A DNA stretch of 64,000 bases from Eledone cirrhosa (GCA_964016885.1 OZ024741.1:39308001-39372000); one strand, 5' to 3'; shown: positions 31,336-47,172, counted from the stretch's first letter. Program-made: numbers and translations. Notes: generated from the letters alone by a model not told the origin.

Positions 31336-31781
31336 TTACATAGATGTATCTAAACATGTGTTCATGTTACGGAGAGCAATAGTTTAAAGCCTCGTTTTGA
31401 GTATTATTCATGGATACATTGGGCTTAGCTGACCATCTATATCTAACAATATTCTCCAATTACTGTCCGTAGCAGCCATCAATGAAGATCCGAGGTCATA
31501 TACCAGCAACGGCAGGTGACCTATCATCAACTTTTCATTTTTCTATCATGTACAATGATGTTTGGCGTCGGTTGGGTTGAAAGACGTAAATCCGTGCCAA
31601 CATATTTATATACATACTCACAAACATACATGTGTATATGTTTGTATATGTTTGTATTTGTCTGTGTGTGTATACAAGGCAAATAAAGATATGAACACCC
31701 ACAGAGATATGAGCACATTTAAAAACAAGTAAACTCATAAACCAAACTTATATACAGACTTGCATACTTATTTACACACAC

Positions 31782-31851
<70 letters not shown>

Positions 31852-32289
31852 TTATATTTATATTTATAAACAGAAGAGTACAAAAATTCGTTTTGCAATC
31901 ATTCTGTTCCAGTTTCGATATTACTGTGTGGAATTTTGAGCAAATTTCATTTTCCATATCCTTGGATAGACCAAGGCTTTGGAGGAAAGCGGAATGAAAA
32001 TATGATTTTAAAATACCTCTTTTTCTTATACTGTGACACCCCGAGAATTAAAGTGTCTTGGTCATTTTCATTTTGTCTGCGTTGGGACAAATTTTATGCA
32101 TATTCTGCGTAAATGTACTTCATCATGTCTATGATGAGATCTTGAATTGAGAATTTTAGGCTTGATTGGTACAAGAATCTCTTTCCTGATCATTTTCCAG
32201 TTTGCTTTATGAGAATTCTAACTGTAGAGATTTGGTGCTTCCTGTAAGGTATCTATGAACTGTTTCCATTTGTCAATACATAGTAAGCT

Positions 32290-33730
32290 GTACTATGCCG
32301 TAAACCGAGAATATTTCTGGTGTCACCTTCACAATCTAAATGTTATTTGTGAAGTAATATTGCATGCCAGAAGCTAATGTATAAAATATATTCAATCTAC
32401 CTGAACTTATTTCTCCAATAATAATATCATCACAGATGAGCAAGCAGCTAGGACGAAAGAAGTTTGACCGTGTTTCTGAGCAACTCCTAATTAACAAAAC
32501 TACGATGTCAGAGGTACGGTGACATAGGAGGAACACGGTTACAGTCTGGCTAGACTACAGGAAAGCATGCGATTTTGTTTTCCATTCCGACTTGCTAATG
32601 TCCAAGGCACTATTATCAGAGCCTTAGATAATTTATCTTCATGGGTTACTACTCTAACGTTAAATACAAAGGAGGATTCCATTTTCCCTGAATATTGCAA
32701 AGTTGTATTTCAAGGAGATAGTCTCTGTTTTACTATTTACATTGTCATTACATCCCTTGTCGTTTCTGCTCAAGAAATATGAAGAATATATAATTGGTTG
32801 ACAAGAGGGTGTGAATACAAACCTAACCCATGTCTTCTCTTAGTATAACTTGAAACTTTATACCAAGAACGTAAATGTGATGAAGAAAATCCTTACCCTG
32901 GTTACGACGTTCTCGAAAGATATAGGAATGGAGTTTGGCCAGGATAAATGTTCAAATACGATTATAATGCGGGGAAAAACTATAAGCCAGTAACTCCTTC
33001 GCCGGTACCTGACCTGACGAGGACAACTATAGATAATTAGGGACATATATCCTATGATGTTATTTGTAACAAGGAACGCTTACCCAGGGAATATAACTTC
33101 TAAATAAGAAAAATTTGGTCTTCAGAACTCTATGCATACAATAAATCAGTGCCCCCCTCCACTATGTGTTTTCTATACCTGTCTTGACACCAACATTTAG
33201 AATACTTGATTAGACACTAGCTGAAATCCGAGCATTCGATGTTAAAACCCGAAAAACTCTTGCCAACACCGGAAATTTCCACATTAACAGTGAAATAGAC
33301 CTCCTCTACCTGTAACGTAAACAGAGAGGCCTAGCATCAATCCAAACAGCAATTTGTGTCGCATCATATTCCCCTCCGACAACATCTACAAACCACCAAG
33401 CATAGGAGCCCATCTGTTAAACATGTCTGTCTATACGAGACATAACATCACGAGAGTTGGGAAGGAGCTCCTTGGGAAGTACTCCCTGCATTATAACCAA
33501 AAGTTCACACACAGGGAAATTGCACAGCAATACCGTAATGGATCGTGCATGGTTGTGTTGCGATGAAACTCAAAAGTGAGTGTAATATAGATAAACACCG
33601 CAGTCTATCTTGGAACAGCAACCGCCATTTTGAAGGCTATGCTTTTGCAATCAAAAACAGGAAATAATTACAAAATACTCGATTCACGAAAGAGATAGGG
33701 AAACAGGCAAAATACCTAAATGTGACGGAG
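32290..33730 (+). mobile_element. Decayed non-LTR retrotransposon RT, R4/Dong-like
   Basis: Frameshifted remnants EQLLINK, VWLDYRKACD, VFQGDSL, SLHPLSFLL, LTHVFS*YNLKLY (decayed YMDD) and TFSKDIGMEFGQDKC. Confidence 0.85.
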
Positions 33731-34112
33731 TGGAGACAGTTTAGCTCGGCAGTTCCTGTTTCAGCTGTTAAATGTTGAGACCCAAAGTGGCTCGCTGTGG
33801 CACTTTGTAGAATAGGGACTTCTTCTATAGTTTAATCAGTAGGTTAAAGATGCAACCGAGCAAAGAAGCATGCTTCCAAAGCTTGGAAATAAGTCTTTCT
33901 TTTTGCAATCACAATGTAAGCAAAGACGAAAAATTTGACACTAAATGTGATTACAAATGCTGTCTTAGGTAATCAGTTCGACATATGCTTCAATGCTTCA
34001 ATGTGAGGCTGGAATATCTAAAGGGTTAAATATAGTCCCTCATTCAGTCTTCCCCTTTCTCAACTTCTAGACCTTCTCAATTCTCTATTACGCTTAATTA
34101 TTCCTTCTTTAA

Positions 34113-34168
<56 letters not shown>

Positions 34169-34266
34169 AAAATGTTCAGGACCCCGACGGCAGAGCTCAA
34201 GCCGTTTCGACGGCTATTTCTGGACTGCGTTATGGTCCACCGGGTTCCTTACCACACTTCCTTCAT

Positions 34267-34331
<65 letters not shown>

Positions 34332-34408
34332 TGATGGGCAGAACAAACAAACATTAAACAATCCTTTAAATAAATTAAAAATAATTTAAATATCTACCTG
34401 TTCATAAT

Positions 34409-34487
34409 GCTATTACCGGCGGTTTCCATCCACAAAAGATTGGAAATTCGGAGAATTTCCAACGGAAAGTAGATTTCATCAGATAGC
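34409..34487 (-). ncRNA. Type I hammerhead ribozyme with extended stem II (island about 34326-34890)
   Basis: Reverse complement gctat CTGATGA aatctac tttccg ttggaaattc tcc gaatttccaa tctttt gtggatg GAAA cc gcc gg TA atagc; stem I is a perfect 5 bp. Confidence 0.85.
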
Positions 34488-34914
34488 TATTTCCTTTCTA
34501 TAGGACATATGTCCCATGGTCCGCAAATATAATGCTAACTACCAGCTCGTATGAGTTATAGCCGTTAAAGTGACCCATACGTGACCTGGCCACTAGAGCA
34601 AGCGGGAATATTATAGACTTGTTGATGGCTTGGCTGCTAAAAAAATAGCAGTAAGCAATATATAATGTATGTATACATATATACATAGAGAGGGAGATAG
34701 CATAGATAGTGTGCGGTACTGAGACCGAGGAGACCACTAATCATGTGAGTACTGAATGTGAGTATACATGGGGAGATGTAGATGTAGAGTGGGTATAGAG
34801 ATATGTTAAGCAAGCCTTTGATAAGGCTTGCTTAAGACACATCCGAAACCACTTGGCACCGCGGTCTGGATTTTACACATCACTCTCCTCTCTCTATATA
34901 TATATGTATATTAA

Positions 34915-34990
<76 letters not shown>

Positions 34991-35965
34991 TGTGTATATA
35001 TGAATATATGTACGTATATAGATTAATGTTTATACAGTATATATATACACACACACTCACATACATACATACACATACACACATATACACATATCAATAT
35101 TATTAATATTGTTATTATTTTTACGTTTATGTATTCATACATGCATGTCTTCCTCACACTTTGATGCTTTCCTCCCTCATTGCCTTAATGCAAGACTCCT
35201 CCACTAGGGGTCAAGATGTTTATCAGATCGTACCATATGCCGCAAATATCAGAATTTTGCGCTCTAACTCTTCAACTCCACCTCACTTATTTCTCTCACA
35301 ATTACTCTTGTCCGCCCCCACTACTTTACATTCTCCTTTAACATATTCTCTTTAACTATAGTTCTGATATGTATTTTTCTTTTTGTTGTTGTTGTTGTTA
35401 TTGTTGTTATTATTGCTTTCGTTTCTTTTCCATGTTTTATTTATTTATTACATATTTCCATCGTTTTCATCATTGTCATGGTCACCATTTTGATACCATA
35501 TATTTGTGTTGTTTTGTATTATACTTTATTCGGTTATTTTGTTCCTCCATTACCCCTCGCTTTGTTTCTCTATGTCACCCTCTTTCCCTTTTCTCACTTA
35601 CTCTCTTCTCAATTACACTGATAACATTGCCACTATTAGCCTTACAACTGTGAATCTTCAGTTTTATTGCTTTCCAGTCATTTGACCAAAGCCTATGAAA
35701 GATGTCCAACACATAACAGTTGAACCGCTTAGGTCTATTTTTCACTCTCAAAGCTGTCATTTTTGTGAGTGCAGTGCTGCTAAAGGGGAGATAATTTCGA
35801 TACATCTTGTAGCCCGACCATTCAAAAGGATCAGAACCTCTAGAAACACCACCAGCACACACCAGCACCACCAACACAATCATAACCACCTTTGCCATCA
35901 CCAACATCATCAGCGTTTGTAGACTTATTTAACGTATCGGCCTTACCACAACATGTAAAACACAC

Positions 35966-36099
<134 letters not shown>

Positions 36100-36232
36100 G
36101 TGGGTGTATATATAGATACATACATGTGTATTTATATATATGTGTGTGTGCTGTGTAAGAGTGTATACTTGCGTATATATATACATACAAATATATATAT
36201 AAGCATGAATCTCTGTATATATGTGTATAAAT

Positions 36233-36330
<98 letters not shown>

Positions 36331-37249
36331 CGAAGGAAATGTGGTAAGGAACCAGATGGATCATAACGCACCAAAGTACTCAATACTTAGGGTAGTAGAG
36401 TGGGTAATAGGAACAAGTATGACCCCGACGGCAGAGCTCAAGCCGTTTCAACGGCTAATTCTTGTTCCTATATATATATATATATATATTTAAATTACCA
36501 GTAAAGTACTGGGGTCGATTTAATCGACTTTTCGACTCTCCCCTTGCCTTGAAAGTGGTGGCCTTATACCAAAAGTAGAAACAATTATCATTATAACGAC
36601 AACGATGATGATGATGATAGTGGTCATGCTGGTGATGATGATGATGATCTTAGTTGTGATGCTAGTTGTGAGAAGGATGACATGTATGACAATAAGGACG
36701 ACGGTGAGAAGCTGCTGCTGCTGCTGTTGCTGCTGCTGCCACTACTGCTGCTGATGTCCAGTATGATAATGCTGGTACTGACAGTGCTGATGGTAATCTA
36801 TTTCTTTTTCCATTTTGTTGTTGTTTTTGTTCTGCTGGAAATTGGTGAGTCTGATTCTGCGCCATGTGACAAACAGCTGTCAGGGTCAAATATATTAGAG
36901 AAGACATTCGTTGCCATCCTCGTCATTGTTTTCATCATCGTCGTCGTCATCTGCATCACCATCATCACCATCATCATCATCATCTTCATCATCATCGCCA
37001 TCACTACACAATATCTCTACCATCATCCCATCTTCAACACCATCCCCATCATCACCGTTAACACCGATCATCATCATCATCATCACTATCACCAACATCG
37101 TCACCACAAACATACAATCTCTTCCAACTCAATTTCCAGGAGTCATCGTAGAAACTGGTGGAAGTCCATCTCAATGCATGATGCGATGTACAACATAAAA
37201 ATTGAGGTGGAGTAAGTGGGATCGATTATAAAGCTGAACTTTTCTGTTG

Positions 37250-37452
37250 TACGAGGGTTGGCTGAATACTTAATAGGTTGACTATGAAGGAGTGATGCTA
37301 GAGCCGTGAAATCGTGCATGCATTAATTTTAACTCTTCTTATTAATAACAGCATTGTTTTTTTCTAGGGGACGATATTGAAAAATAAACCTCATTTGGTC
37401 ATTCCATGAGAGTATCTTGGTCAGGCTATGAACCTCTCAGCCGACTCTCATA
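37250..37452. mobile_element. Tc1/mariner-type MITE (about 200 bp)
   Basis: TA-flanked TIRs tacgagggttggctgaa ... tcagccgactctcata. Confidence 0.8.
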
Positions 37453-37563
37453 GATGGTCAACTTTATGTAACTGATGACTTTTTAACGAAGTCACAACTA
37501 TCTTCCCTATCAAATCTAATATCGCCGAGACCGACGGAGAACTATTGTATTCCATTCCACATA

Positions 37564-37769
37564 TACGAGGGTCGGCTAAAAGTTCGTAGGCTGACCAAGA
37601 TATTCTCATGGAATCACCAAATGAGGTTCATTTTTCAACATAGACCTTGAAAAGAAACAATGCAGTTATTAATAAGGAGAGTTGAAATTAATGCATGCGA
37701 GATTTCACAGCTCTAGCATCACTCCTTCATAGTCAACCAATGGACCTTTCTTTTCAGCCCACCTTCGCA
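37564..37769. mobile_element. Same MITE in the opposite orientation
   Basis: Internal sequence is the reverse complement of 37250-37452. Confidence 0.8.
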
Positions 37770-37968
37770 TGTAAACATTTACAGCTGGGCCCGCGTATTT
37801 ATGGGATAAAGAAAATTGTATTGATTCATTAACGGGCATATCCACAGATGTGCAGTGAAACATATCCACGCGCGTGCATTTCCTTTGAATCTTCTTGCGC
37901 TTAAGTATATAAGTATATTAAGTACATCTATGTGCATATCCCACCATGTCTTGTGAAAATATACGCAC

Positions 37969-38045
<77 letters not shown>

Positions 38046-38136
38046 GCATGTGTGTGTGTGTGTGTGTTTATATAATAATAATAAAACTAATAATGTACGT
38101 TTACAATTGTTACGCTACTCCATATAATGTTTCTGG

Positions 38137-38177
<41 letters not shown>

Positions 38178-38429
38178 GTGTGTGTGTGTGTATGTGTTTA
38201 TATATATATATATACATGTTGAACATGAAAATGCGCTCAAGTATCTATGCAAATATCATGCAAGATTGCAACAGTGGGTTTGTAAGTAATGTTTATGTGA
38301 AAGTGCATGTGTAAGCTGTTGTATGCACAAGTAGCAGCATGTGTACAGACGTGTGCTAGAGAATAGAGAATAATAATGCATATAACTGTCTTCACCACAT
38401 ATAGAGCCCTTGTATGTGTATGCAGATGC

Positions 38430-38806
38430 GTCATACGGCCCTTGCCATTCTGAGTTGAAATCCCGCAGAGGTTAACTTTTCCTTTCATCCATATGGGGTC
38501 GATAAAATAAAGTACTAGTCACGCACTGGGGTCGATTTAATCGACTTTCCCATCCCCTCAAATTACTGGCCTTGTGTCTATATAAGAAACCATTATTATT
38601 TATATATATAGGGCGGTGGATTGGCAGTATCGGTAGAGGGTCGGACGCGATGCTTTGCAGCAAAGAGTTACGGCCCTTTACGGATTGCGTTCAAATCCTG
38701 CCGAGGTTAAATTTGCCTTTCATCCTTACGGGATCGATAAAATAAAGTACCAGTAATACACTGGGATAATTGCTGGTCTTGTGCCAAAAGTAGAAACAAT
38801 TATTAT
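38430..38806 (+). mobile_element. Two tandem SINE family 1 copies
   Basis: Family consensus at 38430-38600 and 38611-38806. Confidence 0.88.
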
Positions 38807-38985
38807 TTATATATATATATATTTATTAAAATAACAGATTAAAGTTTATGCATAGAATCGCTGCTTTCACCCTTAACGGGATGGATCTTCTGAAACTAAC
38901 AAAGTCAATCTGTAAACGCAGAAGTGAATATTTCAAAAAACGTTGCAACCGGAGGAAGACAGGAAGACGATACTTTGGTTCGTGG

Positions 38986-39224
38986 TGACGTTCGCTGGCA
39001 AAGAACGGGAAAAAACGAATATAATACGTCATTATTTGGAGTGGGGAAGAACAATTACACGCAAAGATAGAACCACGTTTAAGGTATAAAAGAAGTCGTT
39101 AGGTGGTTCATAGAGACGTTCTCTGGCAATGAACGGAAAAAACGAAGATAATACGTCATATGTGGTGCGTGGAGAACAATTGCACACAAAGACAAAACCA
39201 CGTAAATGATATAACTGAAGTCGT
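38986..39224. repeat. Diverged tandem duplication, period about 129 bp
   Basis: gacgttc(g/t)ctggcaa..gaacgg...gaagtcgt occurs twice. Confidence 0.8.
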
Positions 39225-39642
39225 AGACTAAAATTCTAACTAGGAGACCGAATGATTCTCCGCTTCAGAGTTAAGAATAAAGTAAATAAAATACAGAGGT
39301 AATTGAAATTAAATAAATACATACACGCATCCAAATACGTACATACACAAGCATACGCGAAAACATTCGCCAGAGGTATACAAATACACGCACAAATAAA
39401 TATGTGTGTGTGTGCGTGTATACAAATAATTAAATAAACGTATATAAATAAATAAATACGTATATAACAAGCGCACACACATACCTACATGTAAATACAC
39501 AAATGTTCGGAGACTACGTCAACCAAAACACGAAGTATACATATACACACACCCTACATACGTACGAACCTCCATACTCGCACAGACGCAAAACTTACGT
39601 ATACACATAACCAAAAGCATATATATATATACATAACCAAAA

Positions 39643-39721
<79 letters not shown>

Positions 39722-39903
39722 ATACAATAACAGAGATAGTTTAAAGCTAAACTCTGACTGGTAACCATCTCACTCAACAAACATTAGGTTATATTTTAAT
39801 ATAAACCCAATTTAAGTGTTTGGGGTGCTAACAATATGTATTATGTGGAAAAGCCAGTTGTATTATTTTATGTGATATAATTAAAGTCAAAATATATCTC
39901 TCT

Positions 39904-40028
39904 TTCCAAACAATTGTCTCATTATAAGTTTTCTACAAATTGGGAGAATATTTCCAGTTTATGTAGAAGCCTAATATGCATTCATGTAAGAATATATTTA
40001 GGTTGGCACTTATAAATCATCAGTGGAA
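39904..40028 (-). ncRNA. Hammerhead with 96-nt stem II; core GAAA mutated to GAGA
   Basis: Reverse complement ttcca CTGATGA t ttataag ... cttataa t GAGA c aatt g TT tggaa. Confidence 0.7.
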
Positions 40029-40253
40029 GCCCATTAAACTTTGATATAAGAAAAATATTCTTACCGCAGTTAAAAATCGTGTCTGTTAAGTTGCTCCTTC
40101 TCGCATCGAATGACCGCCAAATTTGAAATTCCAGCAGTTATTGACTGAGGAAGTATTATAGCGTCACTAAGCGGGAAGGGGAGACAACTACGATCCACGA
40201 AAGAAGGAAAAAAAATAATATACACTCGGGTTAATCAGTTTTTTCGAAAACAT

Positions 40254-40417
40254 TATCAATCCAACGTGTTAAGAACTCAATTGAAATTTAAAAAATAAGT
40301 ATATGCGTGTATAAATTACACACGCATATAGATATTTTCCTATATGCGTGTGTAATTTATACACGCATATATTTATTTTTTTAATTTCAATTGAGTTCTT
40401 AACACGTTGGATTGATA
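40254..40417. repeat. Palindrome with arms of about 76 bp, abutting (TA)n
   Basis: tatcaatccaacgtgttaagaactcaattgaaatt versus aatttcaattgagttcttaacacgttggattgata. Confidence 0.9.
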
Positions 40418-40474
40418 TATATATATATATGTATATATGTATATATATATATTTAATGTATATATATATATATG

Positions 40475-41405
<931 letters not shown>

Positions 41406-41642
41406 TATATATATACATATATGTAAGTATGTATGTATGTATACGTACATACATATATGTATACAGACGTACAGTAGTATGTATATATATACATACATGC
41501 ACACATATATATGCACGTATCGGTTTACCGAACATTTATTATAATGCTCGGTTAGTTTGTTTGTAAACAAACAAACAGCCCGAATTACGCCGTACAGTGT
41601 TTAGGCAACCACGTCACCTTTTTTTTCAACACTGACACAGGA

Positions 41643-41685
41643 ACGATGTACTAGTTTCAAGCTTATTAGCTATCGTCAGCATCGT
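41643..41685 (-). ncRNA. Minimal type I hammerhead ribozyme
   Basis: Reverse complement acgatg CTGACGA t agct aata agct t GAAA c ta g TA catcgt; 6-bp stem I, GUA cleavage triplet, palindrome actagt. Confidence 0.9.
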
Positions 41686-41723
41686 ATACCTTCCTGGCTA
41701 AAACATTTCAAAGTTATTCATTG

Positions 41724-42833
<1,110 letters not shown>

Positions 42834-42846
42834 AGTATATATATAT

Positions 42847-42888
42847 ATCGAGCTGAGGATCCGCTAAGGTGAAACAATTGTTCTCGGT
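42847..42888 (+). ncRNA. Minimal type I hammerhead in a 72-bp island (42847-42918) between (TA)n tracts
   Basis: atcgag CTGAGGA tccgctaaggt GAAA c aatt g TT ctcggt; the 3' half recurs at 21457-21503, also between (TA)n. Confidence 0.85.
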
Positions 42889-42915
42889 ATGGTGAACTAA
42901 CTGTTGTGTAACCAC

Positions 42916-42968
<53 letters not shown>

Positions 42969-42978
42969 TATATATATA

Positions 42979-43447
42979 TTCATTAGTTAAGCAAAACAAG
43001 ACCACAAATTTCACAAGGAAGAAATTATTAAAAGATAATTTTTTTAAATATGTTAATTATTTTCAACAGAACCAGATCAATTATGATACATAGTCATCTG
43101 ATCCAGAAATATTATACGGAGTAGCGAAACAATTGTAAACGGGCATTATTATTATTAATATTATTATTATTATTATTATTATTCTCTACATTCCTTCCAT
43201 CAAACTAACTATGTTGACAATCTTTTAATAATGTCTTCCTTGTGAAATTTGTGGTCCTGTTTTGCTTAACTAATGAAAATTTCCAGCTCTGCGCACCTAA
43301 CCTCTGCATGAACCCAGCCACCTAGCTGCTTTCTACTGCATATTGCACATTGAGCACATGCCTTTACGCTTTGGCTTCTAACTAACTCACCATATCTCCT
43401 CTACTATCTCAATCTCTCTCTTTAAGATTGGTTACTCTTGAACTGTG
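42979..43447 (+). mobile_element. TA-flanked island with inverted repeats (42979-43036 and 43220-43278) and a tail of about 170 nt
   Basis: ttcattagttaagcaaaaca(a)gaccacaaatttcacaaggaaga and its reverse complement; the spacer contains hammerhead half gaaacaattgta. Confidence 0.7.
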
Positions 43448-44042
43448 TATATATATATACAAATATAAATTATCGAGAATCGTATTTAGGCCTACGAAAT
43501 AACGAAAAACAACCTCCGAGATGTGTGGCAAGTGCTCAATGATTCAGATGAACCAGAGCTACAACATACGTTAAAGGCCAAACACACTGAGACGATGGTT
43601 AAACAATCATCCGCAAAGCCAAAAAAACGACCAAGTAATTCGGGTCAAACAAATAAAAATATATGTGATTGAAAATTTACCCGGACCCCTGGATGGTTGG
43701 TAAAATCCAGCATTTGGGTTTCTTTGACTCCTAAATCAAGTACTGTCCGCTTACATAAATAATGTTAGGCTTCTGGTAAGATGATTGAACAAGGAAGCCA
43801 CTTTTTCAACAGGTTTTAGTTCAATTCTAATTTAAGGAATGACTGTTACTGACCCCATGTGGAGTTCAGCAAGGGAGGCAACCCTTATTTTAGGCGAATG
43901 AATTCAGTTGTGTATATTATTGCAAGAATGCAAAACATCATAAATCGAATAGAGTTCTCAACAGAATGGTTAAAGTTAACATAAGCTATTCATCAGTCAA
44001 TAGAATCAACTAAAAAAATCAAGAAAATTCCCTGGTCAATAG

Positions 44043-44114
<72 letters not shown>

Positions 44115-44123
<9 letters not shown>

Positions 44124-44653
44124 TAAACAAATAATGAATAAACAATTCCTTATATTAAACAAAAAAAGTTCATTATTTAACGATCGTTTCTAGGATATAT
44201 ATGTGTTAGAGTTGGCATGCATATTCAACAGATCTATGTACAAAATTATACAAAATTATACAAACTATCAAGATTAAATATACATACCAACACATATATA
44301 CGCCGTCTTCAGAAATAATATTTCTGAAGACGGCGTATATATGTGTTAGGTATGTATATTTAATCTTGATAGTTTGTATAATTTTGTATAATTTTGTACA
44401 TAGATCTGTTGAATATGCATGCCAACTCTAACACATATATATCCTAGAAACGATCGTTAAATAATGAACTTTTTTTGTTTAATATAAGGAATTGTTTATT
44501 CATTATTTGTTTAATATTTTATCTTGACTCTGTATACCGTTTATCTTTCACCGAAAGTGATTTTTCATTACATCTCTTCTTTCCATGATATCCGGAATAC
44601 ATTGAGTTCTTCATACGGATTGGACACTACCGTAAACTCTTGGTAGATTTATC

Positions 44654-44657
<4 letters not shown>
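44115..44657 (+). mobile_element. PLE-type terminus as a near-perfect 408-bp palindrome (44115-44522) plus a 135-nt tail, between (TA)n tracts
   Basis: Arms of about 203 bp, centred on a single A at 44318; one 1-nt indel seen. Confidence 0.9.
44319..44463 (+). ncRNA. Type I hammerhead with 116-nt stem II (mirrored on the minus strand in the left arm)
   Basis: tattt CTGAAGA cggcg tatatatgtgttag ... ctaacacatatata tccta GAAA c gatc g TT aaata; palindrome aacgatcgtt. Confidence 0.75.
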
Positions 44658-44719
<62 letters not shown>

Positions 44720-46989
44720 TACTGGCCTTGTGCCATAAGTAGAAACAATTATTTATCGCATCCGGAAAAATGAGATACAGGGATGAGCTCGCCTGGTGTT
44801 TGATCTCAGATCTTACTAATGACATTAAGTACAGTATTTGATTACGTATATCTATATTCGGTGAGCTCAACTTTACCATTTGTCTTTCCGGGGTCTATTA
44901 GATGAAACACCAGTCAAGTACTAGGGTTAATTTAGTTAACTTTGCTCTCCAACATATTTGCTGACATTGTGCCAATGTTTGAAAGAATTATTGTTTAGTT
45001 TTTCTTTGTTTGTATTTTTCGGATTAATTATTGTCATCAAAAACTTTTTACCGGGTAGTTACATGCGAATTTCTGCTACATCACGCAGTGCACCTCTGTG
45101 TTGTTGATGTTGGCGCAGCATTGTGTTCAGATTTTTATTGGAGTTGAAGGATTATAAACTCCTCCTATTAGTGCACTGTATCAGTTTTGTTTCGTTATTT
45201 GGTTTAGCTTGTGATATTTTAATGTTGGTTCTGCTGTGTATAGTGTCTAATATGACATCATCATCATAGGCTTCTTCTTCTTCTTCTTCTTCTTCTTCTT
45301 CTTCTTCTTCTTCTTCTTCTTCTTCTTCTTCTTCTTCTTCTTCTTCTGTGCCTGTGTCTGTATTTCTGTCACATAAGATAAGTACCTGGAAAGAACTATA
45401 TGTTCGGCCAAGTCACGGCGTTGCCCCTATCTGGTTGCAGTCCCTTTATTAAATACAGTAAAACAATAGATTATAAGAGTACATACAAATATACATAATA
45501 TATACATAGATACACACATACACACACACACACACACATATATACACACACACGCACGCACACACACATATATATATATATGGATTTTATCTAACCATCT
45601 TACTTGGGATCTACTTCTGGGTCTACTACCGGTCGGTTTTGTCTGTAAAATCTGTCCAGCGATTCTTTCCTGAGACAGGCTAACAACATGCTCATAATAT
45701 CAATTCGGAGAAGTAGCGGTTCTACCTGGAGCGACTCTCTGATCTCCGAGCTACGCAATCTGCCGAGGAACGTTACTCCAAAGACCCTGAGAGATGTGTT
45801 ATTTCATCGAAGAGTATATTTTGTGTGAATCATGTTCTTTCATTTTATGATACTTATTGCGTAAGTCGTATGTAGTGCGTGAAGATTGTTCTATTTGAGC
45901 TATACTATTGAACCGATAGTTTTTTTTAACCTTGAATAGCGGCTAAATCTTTGGTCATATTTTTCATCATACTCAGCGCTCTAATCATTGTTAACAGGTT
46001 TTCCACTTTTGGTTTAGAAAGGGTTGTGATTTCTGTTAGCGTGAAATGTGTGTGTGTTTCAGTTCTTGGCTTTTGGCGAGCGTCTAACGCTTCAATTATT
46101 TTTTACACTGATTTTACCTACCAGTTCTTTATTATTATATCTGGGCAGCTTGCTTTGATCTCTTTGTCAGATTGAACAGGCATAGCCTATGTGATTGTGG
46201 CAAGGCCGATGTATTGTGCCTCATTTGATAAATGTTTATGCCGCTTCTTATGCGTTTTCACATCGAAGTGTTCGATATAACAGCCAACTGAATCATCCCT
46301 GTGTATATGTTAAAATGTAGCAATAATTGCATTTCGTATTAGGAACTGTTTTCAATTGTTCTGATGATTATTTGTAACAAGACATTGGTATTGTGGTAAG
46401 AGAATCAGTCCCTCTACATTGGAACAATTATTGATTTTCACTTTGCCTTACATCTTTTTTCTCAAGTCTTGCGGAATATTGGCCGTGTGGTGGTTTTTGT
46501 CTCTATTTCGTCTTTAAGATATGTAATTCAATTTTCGTGTTATTTTTTGTCCCTCCTGTTTTGTTAGGGCATCTAAATTTCGGCGTTTCACCGTAGTATG
46601 TTTTGTTTTGGTTTTTGTACTTTATCGTTTTATTCTATATGGAGAAAAGTATTTTGTTTCTTGTTTGGTTTTCATGTTTCTCTATTAAATGTATCGGTCT
46701 TCTATCTGCTACTAAATGTTTTTTTCCAATTCGAATGTTCTTTTTTAGTAGTTATCAATTGGTGTCTGACAACATCCTCCGTCTACGATGTATGTATATT
46801 CAGTCTCGGGTGGTGGCTTCCTTACATTGCCAATACGTTCTTGAATTTCTGTCAAAATTTCTCAGCTCAACTCAATTATATTCAAGCTGTAACGTATAAC
46901 TGGTATGATAGTTGCCTACCTACTATCCTATTTACATCACTGAGTTCATTTTTATTGGCCTTGTGCCTAAATCAGAAACAATTATTGAT

Positions 46990-47172
46990 GAATTGGCAGT
47001 ATTGGTAAAGCGTCGGACGCCATACTTTCCAACATAGTTACGTTCCTTTACAGTCTGTGTTCAAATACCGCCGAGGTTAAATTTGCCTTTCATCCTTACG
47101 AGGTCGATAAAATAAAGTACCAGTAATGTACTGGGTAATTGCTGGCCTTATGTCAAAAGTAGAAACAATTAT
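46990..47172 (+). mobile_element. SINE family 1
   Basis: Family consensus. Confidence 0.88.

Noticed and set aside
43781-44003. Additional long-stem hammerhead (CTGATGA near 43990, minus strand)
   Set aside because: The candidate stem III lacks the required U of UH and no convincing stem II closure was seen.
45700-46950. Decayed retroelement ORF on the minus strand
   Set aside because: Only scattered motif-like words (AKVKIN, RPI, YIG) in inconsistent order; cannot be supported without a profile search.
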